Positions 19,714 to 28,517 of a stretch of 64,000 bases of DNA are shown here, piece after piece. Numbering within the stretch: the stretch's first letter is position 1; every line of letters begins with the position of its first letter. A program made the position numbers and the translations under genes. Below the pieces are notes generated by a model that did not search any database, had not been told where the DNA came from, and saw nothing but the letters and a program-made list of their open reading frames with translations. Location: IMG/VR virus record IMGVR_UViG_3300005805_000073, positions 12,234 to 76,233 of that record. The stretch is one strand, 5' to 3'. The DNA comes from a virus. Lineage: Duplodnaviria > Caudoviricetes.

Positions 19714-20461
19714 AGTATCCAAACATCTCATAGTCATCTTGAAACAGGTAGCGTACTACATCGTCAAATTTTTTTGTAGTGAAATCAATATTTACACTTG
19801 TATTGTTACTTGAATTAATTTGTTCAAGGTTGTTAGTTGAATATCCTAACGTTTTTTCAATCCAATAATTAAACTCTGATAGGTTTTCATAACGAAATGT
19901 TTTTACTTGTGGATGATAAGCATACTCAGTTTGTGTTACAAACATACTTGTAACGAATGATGGATTTTCTGTTTGAAAAATCTCACCTACAATACAACCG
20001 GGTTTTAATTTACTATTTTTATCAAAATGTGTATATATGAAATTGTAAAATACTTCTTCATTTTCTAAGAAATTAAAAAAACTTCTGCTTTTTTTAAAAT
20101 CAGCTATACTGTTATCCTTCTCCACAATTTCAATTTCACCACAAAATTCACATATGGACAAAATGTTATGTACATCCATTTCTTTTAATTGTGAATTCAA
20201 CTTACTTTGTAAATGTCTCAACCCTGAAATGAAACGACTTTTTGGATGTCTAACTAATCCAAATGCAAGTTCTATGTTTGGTTTATTTGCACACTGTGCA
20301 GATTTCATGCGAGAAAAACTTGCATGAGCATGAACTATCATATTAGTACTTTGTTCATTGAGCAATTCAGAAAAAAATAATTTTTGATATGAATGTGTTG
20401 CTGTTCTTGGCACCTTAACCCAAAAATATTTTTTACCATCTAATAACGAAGAAACAATCAT
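19709..20461 (-). CDS. Sulfotransferase family (Sulfotransfer_2-like) protein
   Basis: WVKVPRTATHS (PSB loop-like), VRHPKSRFISG, C-terminal FQDDYEMFGY. Confidence 0.7.
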   Translation of the reverse strand: MIVSSLLDGKKYFWVKVPRTATHSYQKLFFSELLNEQSTNMIVHAHASFSRMKSAQCANKPNIELAFGLVRHPKSRFISGLRHLQSKLNSQLKEMDVHNILSICEFCGEIEIVEKDNSIADFKKSRSFFNFLENEEVFYNFIYTHFDKNSKLKPGCIVGEIFQTENPSFVTSMFVTQTEYAYHPQVKTFRYENLSEFNYWIEKTLGYSTNNLEQINSSNNTSVNIDFTTKKFDDVVRYLFQDDYEMFGYS

Positions 20462-20466
20462 ATTGT

Positions 20467-21975
20467 TTATGAAGTGAATTGTGTATAGCAGCTGTATGAA
20501 GAATTACACACACACGGAAAACTTGCCTTATAACAAACACCATAAGGGTTATAACACGCATATCCACAGAATGCTGTGATTACAGACACCTCTGAATTGA
20601 TATTCTCAGTGAAAAATCTATAGGATTCTACTGCTTCTTCAGGTGCTGAAGTGTATATTTTAAGAAACATATGTTTTGTTTCTACTTTATTATTTTCTGA
20701 ATCTAGAGCTCTAGTAACAATCCGATATGCGGCTGAAGGTAAATCAACAGGAGGATTTATCGTCAATTTTGTACCATCAACGGTTATCCAACTAGGAAGG
20801 CTTGTGAATCCTCCTCCCTCGTTTGGTATTCCGTTAAATTGTAATTGTGTGGCATATAAATTGTTATATTCCAACACTATCTCATGTGAAGTCCCTTTTT
20901 GAATTGATACTTCATTAGGACCTGTGATGATACTAGATAATGTGGCAGCTCGAACCAATCGGTTAGGTGTAGTGCCATAGGTGATTTCGTTGCGGAATAG
21001 GATATCAATGCTACATCGTTCAATTAAATGAGTTTGTATTGCAGAGGCGTTCATGCTAGGATTTTCTACAATATGTTGAGCCAAAGCTCCTGACACCACA
21101 CCTGCAGCAATGGAAGTACCTGAGGCTTCCAACATACCTCCACTTATATCTGCAACATTCACATCTATGCCTGGGGCAAAAACATCAACTTCAGGGCCAA
21201 AATTGCTTAGTGCACCTTCACCCCAGCTAATCACACGGTCATAGGCATCACTTGCACCAACTCCTAATACCATATTTAATCCCACAGGTGAATAATCATC
21301 AGCAGCAACGCCTGTATTACCCGCAGCTGCAACCACCACAAGATTATCTGCGTACAACTCAGCAATTTTCAAATCTAGAATTTGACTCTTAGGAACCAAC
21401 CAAGAACAATTCACAATGGCGACGGATGCAACATCATGATGATTTAAAATGGCATCAAAAGCAGCCAGTAAAACACTATATGTCGTTGATGAACCCGTTG
21501 GAATTTTCACATCATTAAGGTTCACATTTTTGGAAATGCCTAAAGTTTTACCTGCAATCACGCTGGCAACCGAAGTACCGTGTCCATTTGTAGGGGTGAA
21601 ATCTGAATTATAACTAAACAATTTGTTTACTGTTGTATGAGAGAATTCTGGGTGTGTATCATCAATACCAGAGTCAACAACATAAACATTCACACCATCA
21701 CCATAGTTCTTTACCTTATAGAAGTTGGTCATGGGCAATCCTTCAGATACAATACGAAGCTGATGCCATTCAAATGATTCTACTGGTGTAACCTCAGAAT
21801 CAATTTCAAAAGTGATAACTCCTGAAACTTCTGAAAATGAGGTTGATTCTGCACTCAAGGTTAAAACACCAATATTCGAAAACACATCATGAATCACAGT
21901 GCCAGCTGATTCTAACTCAGACCGTAGAACATCGATGTCAACATTTTTATCATATATTACATTATACTTTACCAT
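20467..21975 (-). CDS. Subtilisin-like S8 serine protease with prodomain, Ig-like domain and Cys-rich tail
   Basis: Catalytic motifs VYVVDSGI, NGHGTSVAS and SGTSIAA; VAAAGN oxyanion motif. Confidence 0.92.
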   Translation of the reverse strand: MVKYNVIYDKNVDIDVLRSELESAGTVIHDVFSNIGVLTLSAESTSFSEVSGVITFEIDSEVTPVESFEWHQLRIVSEGLPMTNFYKVKNYGDGVNVYVVDSGIDDTHPEFSHTTVNKLFSYNSDFTPTNGHGTSVASVIAGKTLGISKNVNLNDVKIPTGSSTTYSVLLAAFDAILNHHDVASVAIVNCSWLVPKSQILDLKIAELYADNLVVVAAAGNTGVAADDYSPVGLNMVLGVGASDAYDRVISWGEGALSNFGPEVDVFAPGIDVNVADISGGMLEASGTSIAAGVVSGALAQHIVENPSMNASAIQTHLIERCSIDILFRNEITYGTTPNRLVRAATLSSIITGPNEVSIQKGTSHEIVLEYNNLYATQLQFNGIPNEGGGFTSLPSWITVDGTKLTINPPVDLPSAAYRIVTRALDSENNKVETKHMFLKIYTSAPEEAVESYRFFTENINSEVSVITAFCGYACYNPYGVCYKASFPCVCNSSYSCYTQFTS

Positions 21976-21999
21976 GGGATTCCTCGTTTATAGTACAAG

Positions 22000-22605
22000 T
22001 TATCTATTATTTATATTGTTTGTATAACTAAACATTTCATTTATCCCTAAAATTTTTGTGGCCCATATCTTTTCCATACAAAAATAACATCCCCCGCATT
22101 CGTTATAAGATACTCCGCAGGAAGCAGTCATTTTCAACAAGTCTAAAAGGTCATATTCTATATATTTTCTCACAATTTCTATCTTGTCCCACTCAATAAA
22201 TGGTCTAATGTGACGCTCATTCAACGGGTCTCCACGAACAGGAGGGGTATCATCTGGGATGTATACTGTGGGAATAAATTGGTCGGTCACCACCTTGTTA
22301 CATCCCGTAAACACGTAATCTGAATGACATACATTAAATACATCTCGAACCACATTTCGTATCCAATCTCTGGGAGCTGAGCAATTATATGTGATAGTCA
22401 ACGGAAATTTTTCCTGTATCCAAGAAATAATAGCTCTAACATAGGAGGGTCTTACTGTACCTCCTCTATAGGAAACGCAATCCAAATGCACGTTTAATTT
22501 ATTCTCGTGGATTTCTTTTGCTAGCAAATATAACAATAATGTACTGTCTATTCCGCCTGAAACTAATACGGTTATCTTACGAGCGTCGTTAGGTATCATA
22601 TTCAT
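22000..22605 (-). CDS. QueC-like PP-loop ATPase (paralog 1)
   Basis: SGGIDS PP-loop; C-terminal SC..CGGCYFC zinc motif. Confidence 0.75.
   Translation of the reverse strand: MNMIPNDARKITVLVSGGIDSTLLLYLLAKEIHENKLNVHLDCVSYRGGTVRPSYVRAIISWIQEKFPLTITYNCSAPRDWIRNVVRDVFNVCHSDYVFTGCNKVVTDQFIPTVYIPDDTPPVRGDPLNERHIRPFIEWDKIEIVRKYIEYDLLDLLKMTASCGVSYNECGGCYFCMEKIWATKILGINEMFSYTNNINNR
22008..22015 (-). promoter_or_regulatory. Late promoter TATAAATA upstream of the S8 protease
   Basis: Exact motif about 33 nt upstream of the ATG. Confidence 0.65.
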
Positions 22606-22614
22606 AGAAAAGGT

Positions 22615-22885
22615 AATGGGGGTATTCTGTTCCCAGGAACCCCCTAACCCGGCTAAAATGTCTTACGCAGCTAGGGCGTAAGAGGTAGCGAATGACATAT
22701 AATTGTTGTCATTTAATGTTTTTGCTCTGCTTAGGGCAGTCGCCTATCCGGTAGCTCTATCCTATACTTCTTCCCCTGTCGAAACCAAGCACCCCCGAAT
22801 ATACCACACAAAACACTAATGGAGGTGAGGGGAGTCGAACCCCTGTCCAAGAAAAGTTTCCATTTTAGCAATCTACTACCATCCT
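22615..22885 (-). ncRNA. ssrA: Circularly permuted (two-piece) tmRNA gene
   Basis: Minus strand: acceptor piece ending GGACAGGGGTTCGACTCCCCTCACCTCCA (3' end at 22820), 23-nt spacer, coding piece starting GGGGGTGCTTGGTTTCGAC (22796). Acceptor stem has the G3:U70 pair. Tag frame 22710-22663 encodes DNNYMSFATSYALAA*. Outer ends approximate. Confidence 0.9.
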
Positions 22886-22891
22886 ACTAAA

Positions 22892-23551
22892 TTATTTATA
22901 CACCTCGTATAAATCACGATAATACAACAACTGTTCCACATGAAGGTCACGTTTGCTTTCAAACACTTGCATGAACCCATCTGATACTGCAATCAAGATG
23001 GTCAGTCTGTTCACAGGTATCTTGGTTCGTTCCTCAAACATGATGGCATAGGCAGCTGCTTGCATGAAATAGTGTTGGATGTGTTCCACATCTTTCTCTC
23101 GTCGCGCCGTCTTGAAGTCAATCACACTGAGTTTACCATCAAAATTGGCTATGCAATCCACTCGACCTGCCAACCGAAGATGGTGTGACCATAACGCCAC
23201 TTCTTGAGCTCTGATATTGTCAATTCTGTCTAACACAGGATTAGCAACCTGAAACATCTCATGGTCCCAGAGGGACATATCTCTGCCTGACAAATTGTTC
23301 TGAAGATATTTTTCTACTAAAGTATGAAATCTAGTACCCCAGGCAGCTGCTTGTCGAGACACCTTATTGGCCTCTTCAGCACCAACACGTGCCCTCCACT
23401 CCTGAATACCCTTTTTGGTGTGCTCAGAAAGAACAGAGGTGACAGATGGATAGAGCCCACCATCAGGTGTTTGATAGGCTCTGGTTCCATCTGCCTGTGT
23501 CACGGCGGATATGGTTTCTATTGTTACTGGATCATGGAGGAATGTTTTCAT
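22892..23551 (-). CDS. PD-(D/E)XK exonuclease (Cas4-like superfamily)
   Basis: YPSVTSVL..GTRFH..LAGRVDCIA..VIDFKT..YFMQAAAY. Confidence 0.85.
   Translation of the reverse strand: MKTFLHDPVTIETISAVTQADGTRAYQTPDGGLYPSVTSVLSEHTKKGIQEWRARVGAEEANKVSRQAAAWGTRFHTLVEKYLQNNLSGRDMSLWDHEMFQVANPVLDRIDNIRAQEVALWSHHLRLAGRVDCIANFDGKLSVIDFKTARREKDVEHIQHYFMQAAAYAIMFEERTKIPVNRLTILIAVSDGFMQVFESKRDLHVEQLLYYRDLYEVYK
22893..22900 (-). promoter_or_regulatory. Late promoter TATAAATA directly upstream of the tmRNA precursor
   Basis: Exact motif overlapping the exonuclease stop codon. Confidence 0.7.
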
Positions 23552-23582
23552 AACAATAATATATCACATCACTAGAATTTTG

Positions 23583-24338
23583 TCAAGCCACAGCCATGTC
23601 CTCACAAGCCATTCTGGCCATGATGTATTCCTTCACCAAAGGACCTCGAACAATGTCTTCCACATCAAACTCCACGTGACGGAAAGATGGCATATGGTGA
23701 GCAATGGCCATGAACTTTTTCAATCCTGACATGTCTGACCGTTTCTGTAAATCCGTCTGGCGGAAATCACCACAGAAGATGATTTTGGTGTTTTGCCCGA
23801 CACGGGTCATGATGCTGTTCAGTTCCATATCATTCATGTTTTGGGCTTCATCCACAATCACAATGCAGTTGTCCAAGGTCAATCCACGAACATAGGAAGT
23901 GACCATGAAATGGATGAGACTTTGTTCTTTCAATTTGTTATAGGCACGTTCCCCGAATCGTGGGAACAAATCAGCACAAATTTCTTGATAGGGTTGTGAG
24001 TAGATTTCCACTTTCTCCTTTTCATTTCCCGGAAGAAACCCAATGTCACGGGAAGGCACTGCTGAACGAACTATCACGACTTTACTATAATTGGAATTTT
24101 CCAGTATCTCCTTGAAAGCGCTGTGCATGGCGATGTATGTTTTCCCTGTTCCTGCCACACCATGGCACAAGATGGCCTTGTGTCCTTTACGATAGAAATT
24201 GAAGAAGTTCTCCTGATTATTAGTGAGGGGATAAATTTCCTTTAAATCTGTGAGTTTTACTTTATGTTTGGATTCTTGTTCTTCTTGATAGATGTAGGTT
24301 TGGGAGGTGACCAACTTAAGGCGCTTTTTTCTGGACAT
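23583..24338 (-). CDS. phoH: PhoH-like ATPase
   Basis: GVAGTGKT, RSAV, GFLPG, SYVRGLTL, DEAQN, GDFRQTDL and DIVR motifs. Confidence 0.95.
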   Translation of the reverse strand: MSRKKRLKLVTSQTYIYQEEQESKHKVKLTDLKEIYPLTNNQENFFNFYRKGHKAILCHGVAGTGKTYIAMHSAFKEILENSNYSKVVIVRSAVPSRDIGFLPGNEKEKVEIYSQPYQEICADLFPRFGERAYNKLKEQSLIHFMVTSYVRGLTLDNCIVIVDEAQNMNDMELNSIMTRVGQNTKIIFCGDFRQTDLQKRSDMSGLKKFMAIAHHMPSFRHVEFDVEDIVRGPLVKEYIMARMACEDMAVA

Positions 24339-24361
24339 AACGTACTCGTTGGGTTAAAGGT

Positions 24362-24395
24362 AAAAAACCCCGACGAGGCCGAAGCCTCACCGGGG
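24362..24395 (-). terminator. Intrinsic terminator with UUCG loop
   Basis: CCCCGGTGAGGC-TTCG-GCCTCGTCGGGG-TTTTTT on the minus strand. Confidence 0.85.
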
Positions 24396-24416
24396 TATAC
24401 TACGGACGGAGAGTCC

Positions 24417-24683
24417 TTAGATAAAACTACTATTGTTTTTAATTGTAGAACCGGGGGTTTTTTCATGAATCTTTTGTAGTACCTCTCTGAATCCATTGTC
24501 GGGCCGGCGAATTCGTAATCGCACGGCATCTCCGATGGTAGGTGCTGTAAACATGACTTTTTGCACCTTCATCTCACCACACTTAGGACAGGGCTCCTCC
24601 GTAGGCTGATTCATGTTAGGTATACTTAGATACTTCGTGAAATACTCCTCACAAGCTTCACATTGGTATTCATATGTTGGCAT
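24417..24683 (-). CDS. FmdB-family zinc-ribbon protein
   Basis: MPTYEYQCEAC..CPKCG; start moved to MPTY. Confidence 0.85.
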   Translation of the reverse strand: MPTYEYQCEACEEYFTKYLSIPNMNQPTEEPCPKCGEMKVQKVMFTAPTIGDAVRLRIRRPDNGFREVLQKIHEKTPGSTIKNNSSFI

Positions 24684-24691
24684 ATTTTTAT

Positions 24692-24871
24692 TTATCTTTC
24701 GTAGTTTTCTGCCACACGTTGCACCGTGTCTCGTACCCATTGCAATAGCAATACTGCTGATTCATTTCCTTGCACCAGACGTTCAATGTTGTCTAGTTCT
24801 TCGTGTATTTCTATCACAAAGAAACGTATTCTATTGTCTACTTCTTCATAGTATTCTTCATGCTTTTCCAT
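24692..24871 (-). CDS. Hypothetical 59-aa helical protein (not in the ORF track)
   Basis: MEKHEEYYEEVDNRIRFFVIEIHEELDNIERLV..; AGGAG upstream; fills the gap after ligase. Confidence 0.65.
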   Translation of the reverse strand: MEKHEEYYEEVDNRIRFFVIEIHEELDNIERLVQGNESAVLLLQWVRDTVQRVAENYER

Positions 24872-24879
24872 ACATACTC

Positions 24880-26175
24880 CTACTTGATATCAGTTGAAAC
24901 ATCAGCGTCCGTCTTATCCTCACGAAGTTCAAGGAACACTGGCAGAAACAAGCTTGTTTGTCCAGTTTTCTTATCTTGAATTCTGGCATTGTACTTCACT
25001 GCCACCACCTTGCCTACTGTGTTCTTCTTGGTATATTTATCTCGCTGTTCATCCGTGAATCCAGAACCCACGTTCACTTTCACCACACCATCAGCCGATG
25101 TCAACACCAAGGCACCCAACTTGCCTACATTCTTACCTGTTCCCTCCTGCCAATCCATGCAAAGCAAATCACATTCCAATTCACCTTTGAACTTCACTTG
25201 ATGCTTCACACGCTTGTCTTCCCATCCCTGTGTGATGTCCTTCAGGATGATGCCTTCTTCACCTTTGTTGAAATATTCCTGAAACAACTCATGAGCTTCA
25301 TCTTCAGTGTTCACCACACGATTTTCAATCAATGAGATGCGACCAGGCAACACCTGTTGCTGTAGTTTACCAAAACGTTCCTGATAGGAAGTCTTGTACA
25401 CACCTTGCTGAAATGCTGAGAAAGGAATAATGTCCCAGATGGTGGCGTGTACCATGGAAGCTTCCATAGCAGAGATGGTACCCTTCACAGCCTTGTTCAG
25501 GATGCCATTACCCTTCTGACGATTCATGATGCCTTGGCTGTCACGAACCACTAGTTCTCCATCAAACACGCAGGATTCAGACCCTGCCATGAATAGAAAT
25601 TCTTGTTCCAGATTGCCAAGCAAGTCAATCTGCTTGCCGTTTCTGGAACGAAACTCCACCTTGCCATTATCAACAATGGCATTGAATCGCATCCCATCCA
25701 GCTTCAATTGTACATAGGCAGGATAGGACATCTTGGTCATCACCTTTTCATCAAAGCCTGATGCCAACATCACGGGATAGGTGGGAATCAACCCAGGCCA
25801 AATTTTGTTCACTGTGGCCTCAGATACACCACAGCGCAAATCCTTTTCAATGATGCGCTCAATCACCTTGGCATCGTCGGCAGTGACACTTTCCAAAATG
25901 ATTTTCAGATGATTGATGGCAGCATTACCTGTGACCATACGCTTGCTGATTTGATTCAGGTTGTCCAAAGCACTCTCCAACATCATGGTGCTTCTGTTTG
26001 TTGAAGTAGGTCCTGGAATATAACTGGGAATCTTTCGAATGTAGAATTGTGTATAGGGATCCAATGCCAAGAACAACACACGCTGAAGCAGTTGGTTCTT
26101 AATATTCTGCTTTAGAATGTGTTCTTTTTCCAAACGACTTGTGGTATTGGCTAGGTCACAAAAAATGGATTCCAT
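24880..26175 (-). CDS. gp30: ATP-dependent DNA ligase gp30
   Basis: QLKLDGMR (KxDG), VFDGEL, EEGIILK, VKFK, OB domain and LFLPVF motif. Confidence 0.96.
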   Translation of the reverse strand: MESIFCDLANTTSRLEKEHILKQNIKNQLLQRVLFLALDPYTQFYIRKIPSYIPGPTSTNRSTMMLESALDNLNQISKRMVTGNAAINHLKIILESVTADDAKVIERIIEKDLRCGVSEATVNKIWPGLIPTYPVMLASGFDEKVMTKMSYPAYVQLKLDGMRFNAIVDNGKVEFRSRNGKQIDLLGNLEQEFLFMAGSESCVFDGELVVRDSQGIMNRQKGNGILNKAVKGTISAMEASMVHATIWDIIPFSAFQQGVYKTSYQERFGKLQQQVLPGRISLIENRVVNTEDEAHELFQEYFNKGEEGIILKDITQGWEDKRVKHQVKFKGELECDLLCMDWQEGTGKNVGKLGALVLTSADGVVKVNVGSGFTDEQRDKYTKKNTVGKVVAVKYNARIQDKKTGQTSLFLPVFLELREDKTDADVSTDIK

Positions 26176-26224
26176 GATATCCTCCTTGAGATATCATGGA
26201 ATCTAACACCATATATGGTATTTG

Positions 26225-27328
26225 TCAAGTGTTATTTAACAAATGGTGAAAATTGTGTCCAACTGTAGCACCACTTACAGTTTTTTTATTGTGTATTTTT
26301 TGTAGTTCCAAAAGGAATTGTTGATGTTGTTCATGTTCTGGTTCAAATACTGAAATAGCTTTAACATGAGCAGAAGAATATGCACCCGTTCCCCAATACA
26401 CATGTTGTCTATAGTGGATATAAAGTTGAATTTTAGATTTAGAAAAAATATCGTTAAATGTGTGATAAAAATCTTCCATCTCTTTGTAATTATATTCGCT
26501 GACCACCATAGAAACAATAAAGTGTTCTATACTATCTTGTGTGCTTAAATATTGTATGTTGGAAATTAATCTATCCCAATCTCCGTTCAACCGCGTAATG
26601 TTTTCATATGTATCTTTGGTTCCTGCGTCTACACTAATTTCTATTCGTTTGATGAACTTTCTGGCACCTAAACTCATCCACATTTTTTCATTTAACAAAT
26701 TGCCATTTGTAATAATCTGTATTTCTTCTAGTTTAGGATATTTTTTAGGATCAAAATCTATCAGATAATTTCTATACAGTTTAGAGTAAAAAGGATCACC
26801 GCTTCCAGTTATCATTAAACGTTTCACATTAGCAGCAAATTTTGTTTCAATTTGTTCTAAAAGATATTCTTTTCTTTTGTGTGCAAATGAATTTACATCG
26901 TCATTCGGCACTTGTTCATTTCTGCATGATGGACATTTTAAGTTACAACTCCTATCGAATCCGAATAAAATATACTCAGGGAGACCCTGAAAATTCTCAA
27001 CATCTTCTAAAGAAGTTATATTAAAAGTTTTGAGTGCTTCAGACTTTTCTATGAATTCTATAGGTACTTCATCGGTATTAATTAATTTAGATAAAGAAGG
27101 ACAAACTTTATGGTCGCAGTGACGATAAGTTCCATCTAGTACTGATTTTCTAATATCAGTTACCGTAGGACCTTGCCAATCTTTTAATAGGTCTTCCTGC
27201 ATCGGTGGGGCATCGCCCCCTATATTAGTAGGTGCCCAACTAGGACAACATATCCACTGACCTATAGGTTGAATATCTAGATATGTGAAAGGATTTTTAC
27301 AGACATACTTTTTTAATTTTTCTGACAT
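26225..27328 (-). CDS. Radical SAM protein with N-terminal SPASM/twitch-like domain (paralog 1)
   Basis: SCNLKCPSC (CxxxCxxC), GSGDPF, TNGNL; N-terminal CKNPF..CCPSW. Confidence 0.88.
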   Translation of the reverse strand: MSEKLKKYVCKNPFTYLDIQPIGQWICCPSWAPTNIGGDAPPMQEDLLKDWQGPTVTDIRKSVLDGTYRHCDHKVCPSLSKLINTDEVPIEFIEKSEALKTFNITSLEDVENFQGLPEYILFGFDRSCNLKCPSCRNEQVPNDDVNSFAHKRKEYLLEQIETKFAANVKRLMITGSGDPFYSKLYRNYLIDFDPKKYPKLEEIQIITNGNLLNEKMWMSLGARKFIKRIEISVDAGTKDTYENITRLNGDWDRLISNIQYLSTQDSIEHFIVSMVVSEYNYKEMEDFYHTFNDIFSKSKIQLYIHYRQHVYWGTGAYSSAHVKAISVFEPEHEQHQQFLLELQKIHNKKTVSGATVGHNFHHLLNNT

Positions 27329-27954
27329 TAGAATGCCACCCATTTTCCTGATCCGTAGTGTGGATATTTGGATTTATAGGTGTAATGAATTACATCTGCA
27401 GGTATCTCTCGTTTTTTGTTCCATGTGGCTTCAGTCGGTGTGTAGGTAGAAACACCATTATCTTCAACTATAAAATATAATGGCAAATCAAAATTTCTAG
27501 CATACTTATGTACCTCATAGAATATACCAGTCTCAAAACACATATCACCAATAAAGCACCAAACTTTATCTGAACTATTTTGTAACTTTAATGATTTTGC
27601 TACGCCTAAGGCAATAGGTAAAGTAGCAGTTACAATAGCGGATGAATAGAATTTTTCATCAATATTACATAGAGTTATAGACTTCCCTTGCAATATTTCA
27701 TTCTTAACCCATTCAGAAGATATACCTTTTAACAAAGCATGATAATGTGACCTCCAAGTACTAAAAACCCAATCTGAAGGCTTTATACGCTTGAATATTT
27801 CGATGAGTTGAGATTCGTTACCATCGGAAAGATGAATAGGACCGCGTATTTGTCCGGCCTCCCAATGTGCAACTATATCTGTTTCAAACTCCTGCAAATC
27901 CTTTTCACTGATGGTTACTTCTCGCACGGATGCATATTGCTCTAGATTAATCAT
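27328..27954 (-). CDS. TPP-dependent enzyme, E1-alpha/transketolase N-like subunit
   Basis: GPIHLSDGNE, STWRSHYH, GDMCFETG..EDN (TPP motif), HYGSGKW end. Confidence 0.85.
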   Translation of the reverse strand: MINLEQYASVREVTISEKDLQEFETDIVAHWEAGQIRGPIHLSDGNESQLIEIFKRIKPSDWVFSTWRSHYHALLKGISSEWVKNEILQGKSITLCNIDEKFYSSAIVTATLPIALGVAKSLKLQNSSDKVWCFIGDMCFETGIFYEVHKYARNFDLPLYFIVEDNGVSTYTPTEATWNKKREIPADVIHYTYKSKYPHYGSGKWVAF

Positions 27955-27955
27955 T

Positions 27956-28516
27956 TTACATCTCCACTAAAACGTTCTTGTCCCTATTCTGTAATATCGG
28001 ATTATCGCTGGGCCATTCTATATTGAAACGAGGATCATTCCATTTTACAACTTTTTGCGATGATTCATCTACATATTCCCCCTCATAAAATAAATTATAG
28101 TGGAAGATGCAATCTGTCAAGGCGTAGTGACCATTTGCAAAACCAGGGGGTATAAGTACTTGGTCTCTATTCTTTTCAGAAATTATATAGGATTCCCACT
28201 TGCCAAAGGTGGGTAATGTTTCTCGCATATCTAGCACCACCAAATATATATCACCCACTAATGCTTGTACTAGCTTCCATGTTTTAAAATCATAATGAAG
28301 CCCTCGAAGAACACCTTTATAAGATTGAGAAAACCGTGAATGAATATTGTCCAAAGATACTAAGGAATTTACAGGATGATGTTTGCTATGATAGGTTGTG
28401 AATATTTCTCCACGAAATTCTTTATACACAGACGGTGTATATATTGGAACCCATTTATCAAAAGTTTTTAAATAACTTATGTCATATTCATTCCATTTTC
28501 TATTTTTATAATTCAT
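27956..28516 (-). CDS. rmlC: dTDP-4-dehydrorhamnose 3,5-epimerase (RmlC family)
   Basis: SQSYKGVLRGLHY..KLVQ..VVLDMR..IPPGFANG..WNDPRFNIEWP. Confidence 0.9.
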   Translation of the reverse strand: MNYKNRKWNEYDISYLKTFDKWVPIYTPSVYKEFRGEIFTTYHSKHHPVNSLVSLDNIHSRFSQSYKGVLRGLHYDFKTWKLVQALVGDIYLVVLDMRETLPTFGKWESYIISEKNRDQVLIPPGFANGHYALTDCIFHYNLFYEGEYVDESSQKVVKWNDPRFNIEWPSDNPILQNRDKNVLVEM

Positions 28517-28517
28517 A

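Noticed and set aside
22815-22850. Stand-alone tRNA gene
   Set aside because: Only a T-arm and 3' acceptor strand are present, with no anticodon arm. The partner strand lies downstream as a tmRNA 5' end.
22892-23551. CRISPR adaptation Cas4
   Set aside because: No Fe-S cysteine set, array or other cas genes; typical phage PD-(D/E)XK exonuclease.
24880-26175. Intein or intron in DNA ligase
   Set aside because: Motifs are contiguous at normal length, with no splice or LAGLIDADG signatures. None seen in gp32 or phoH either.
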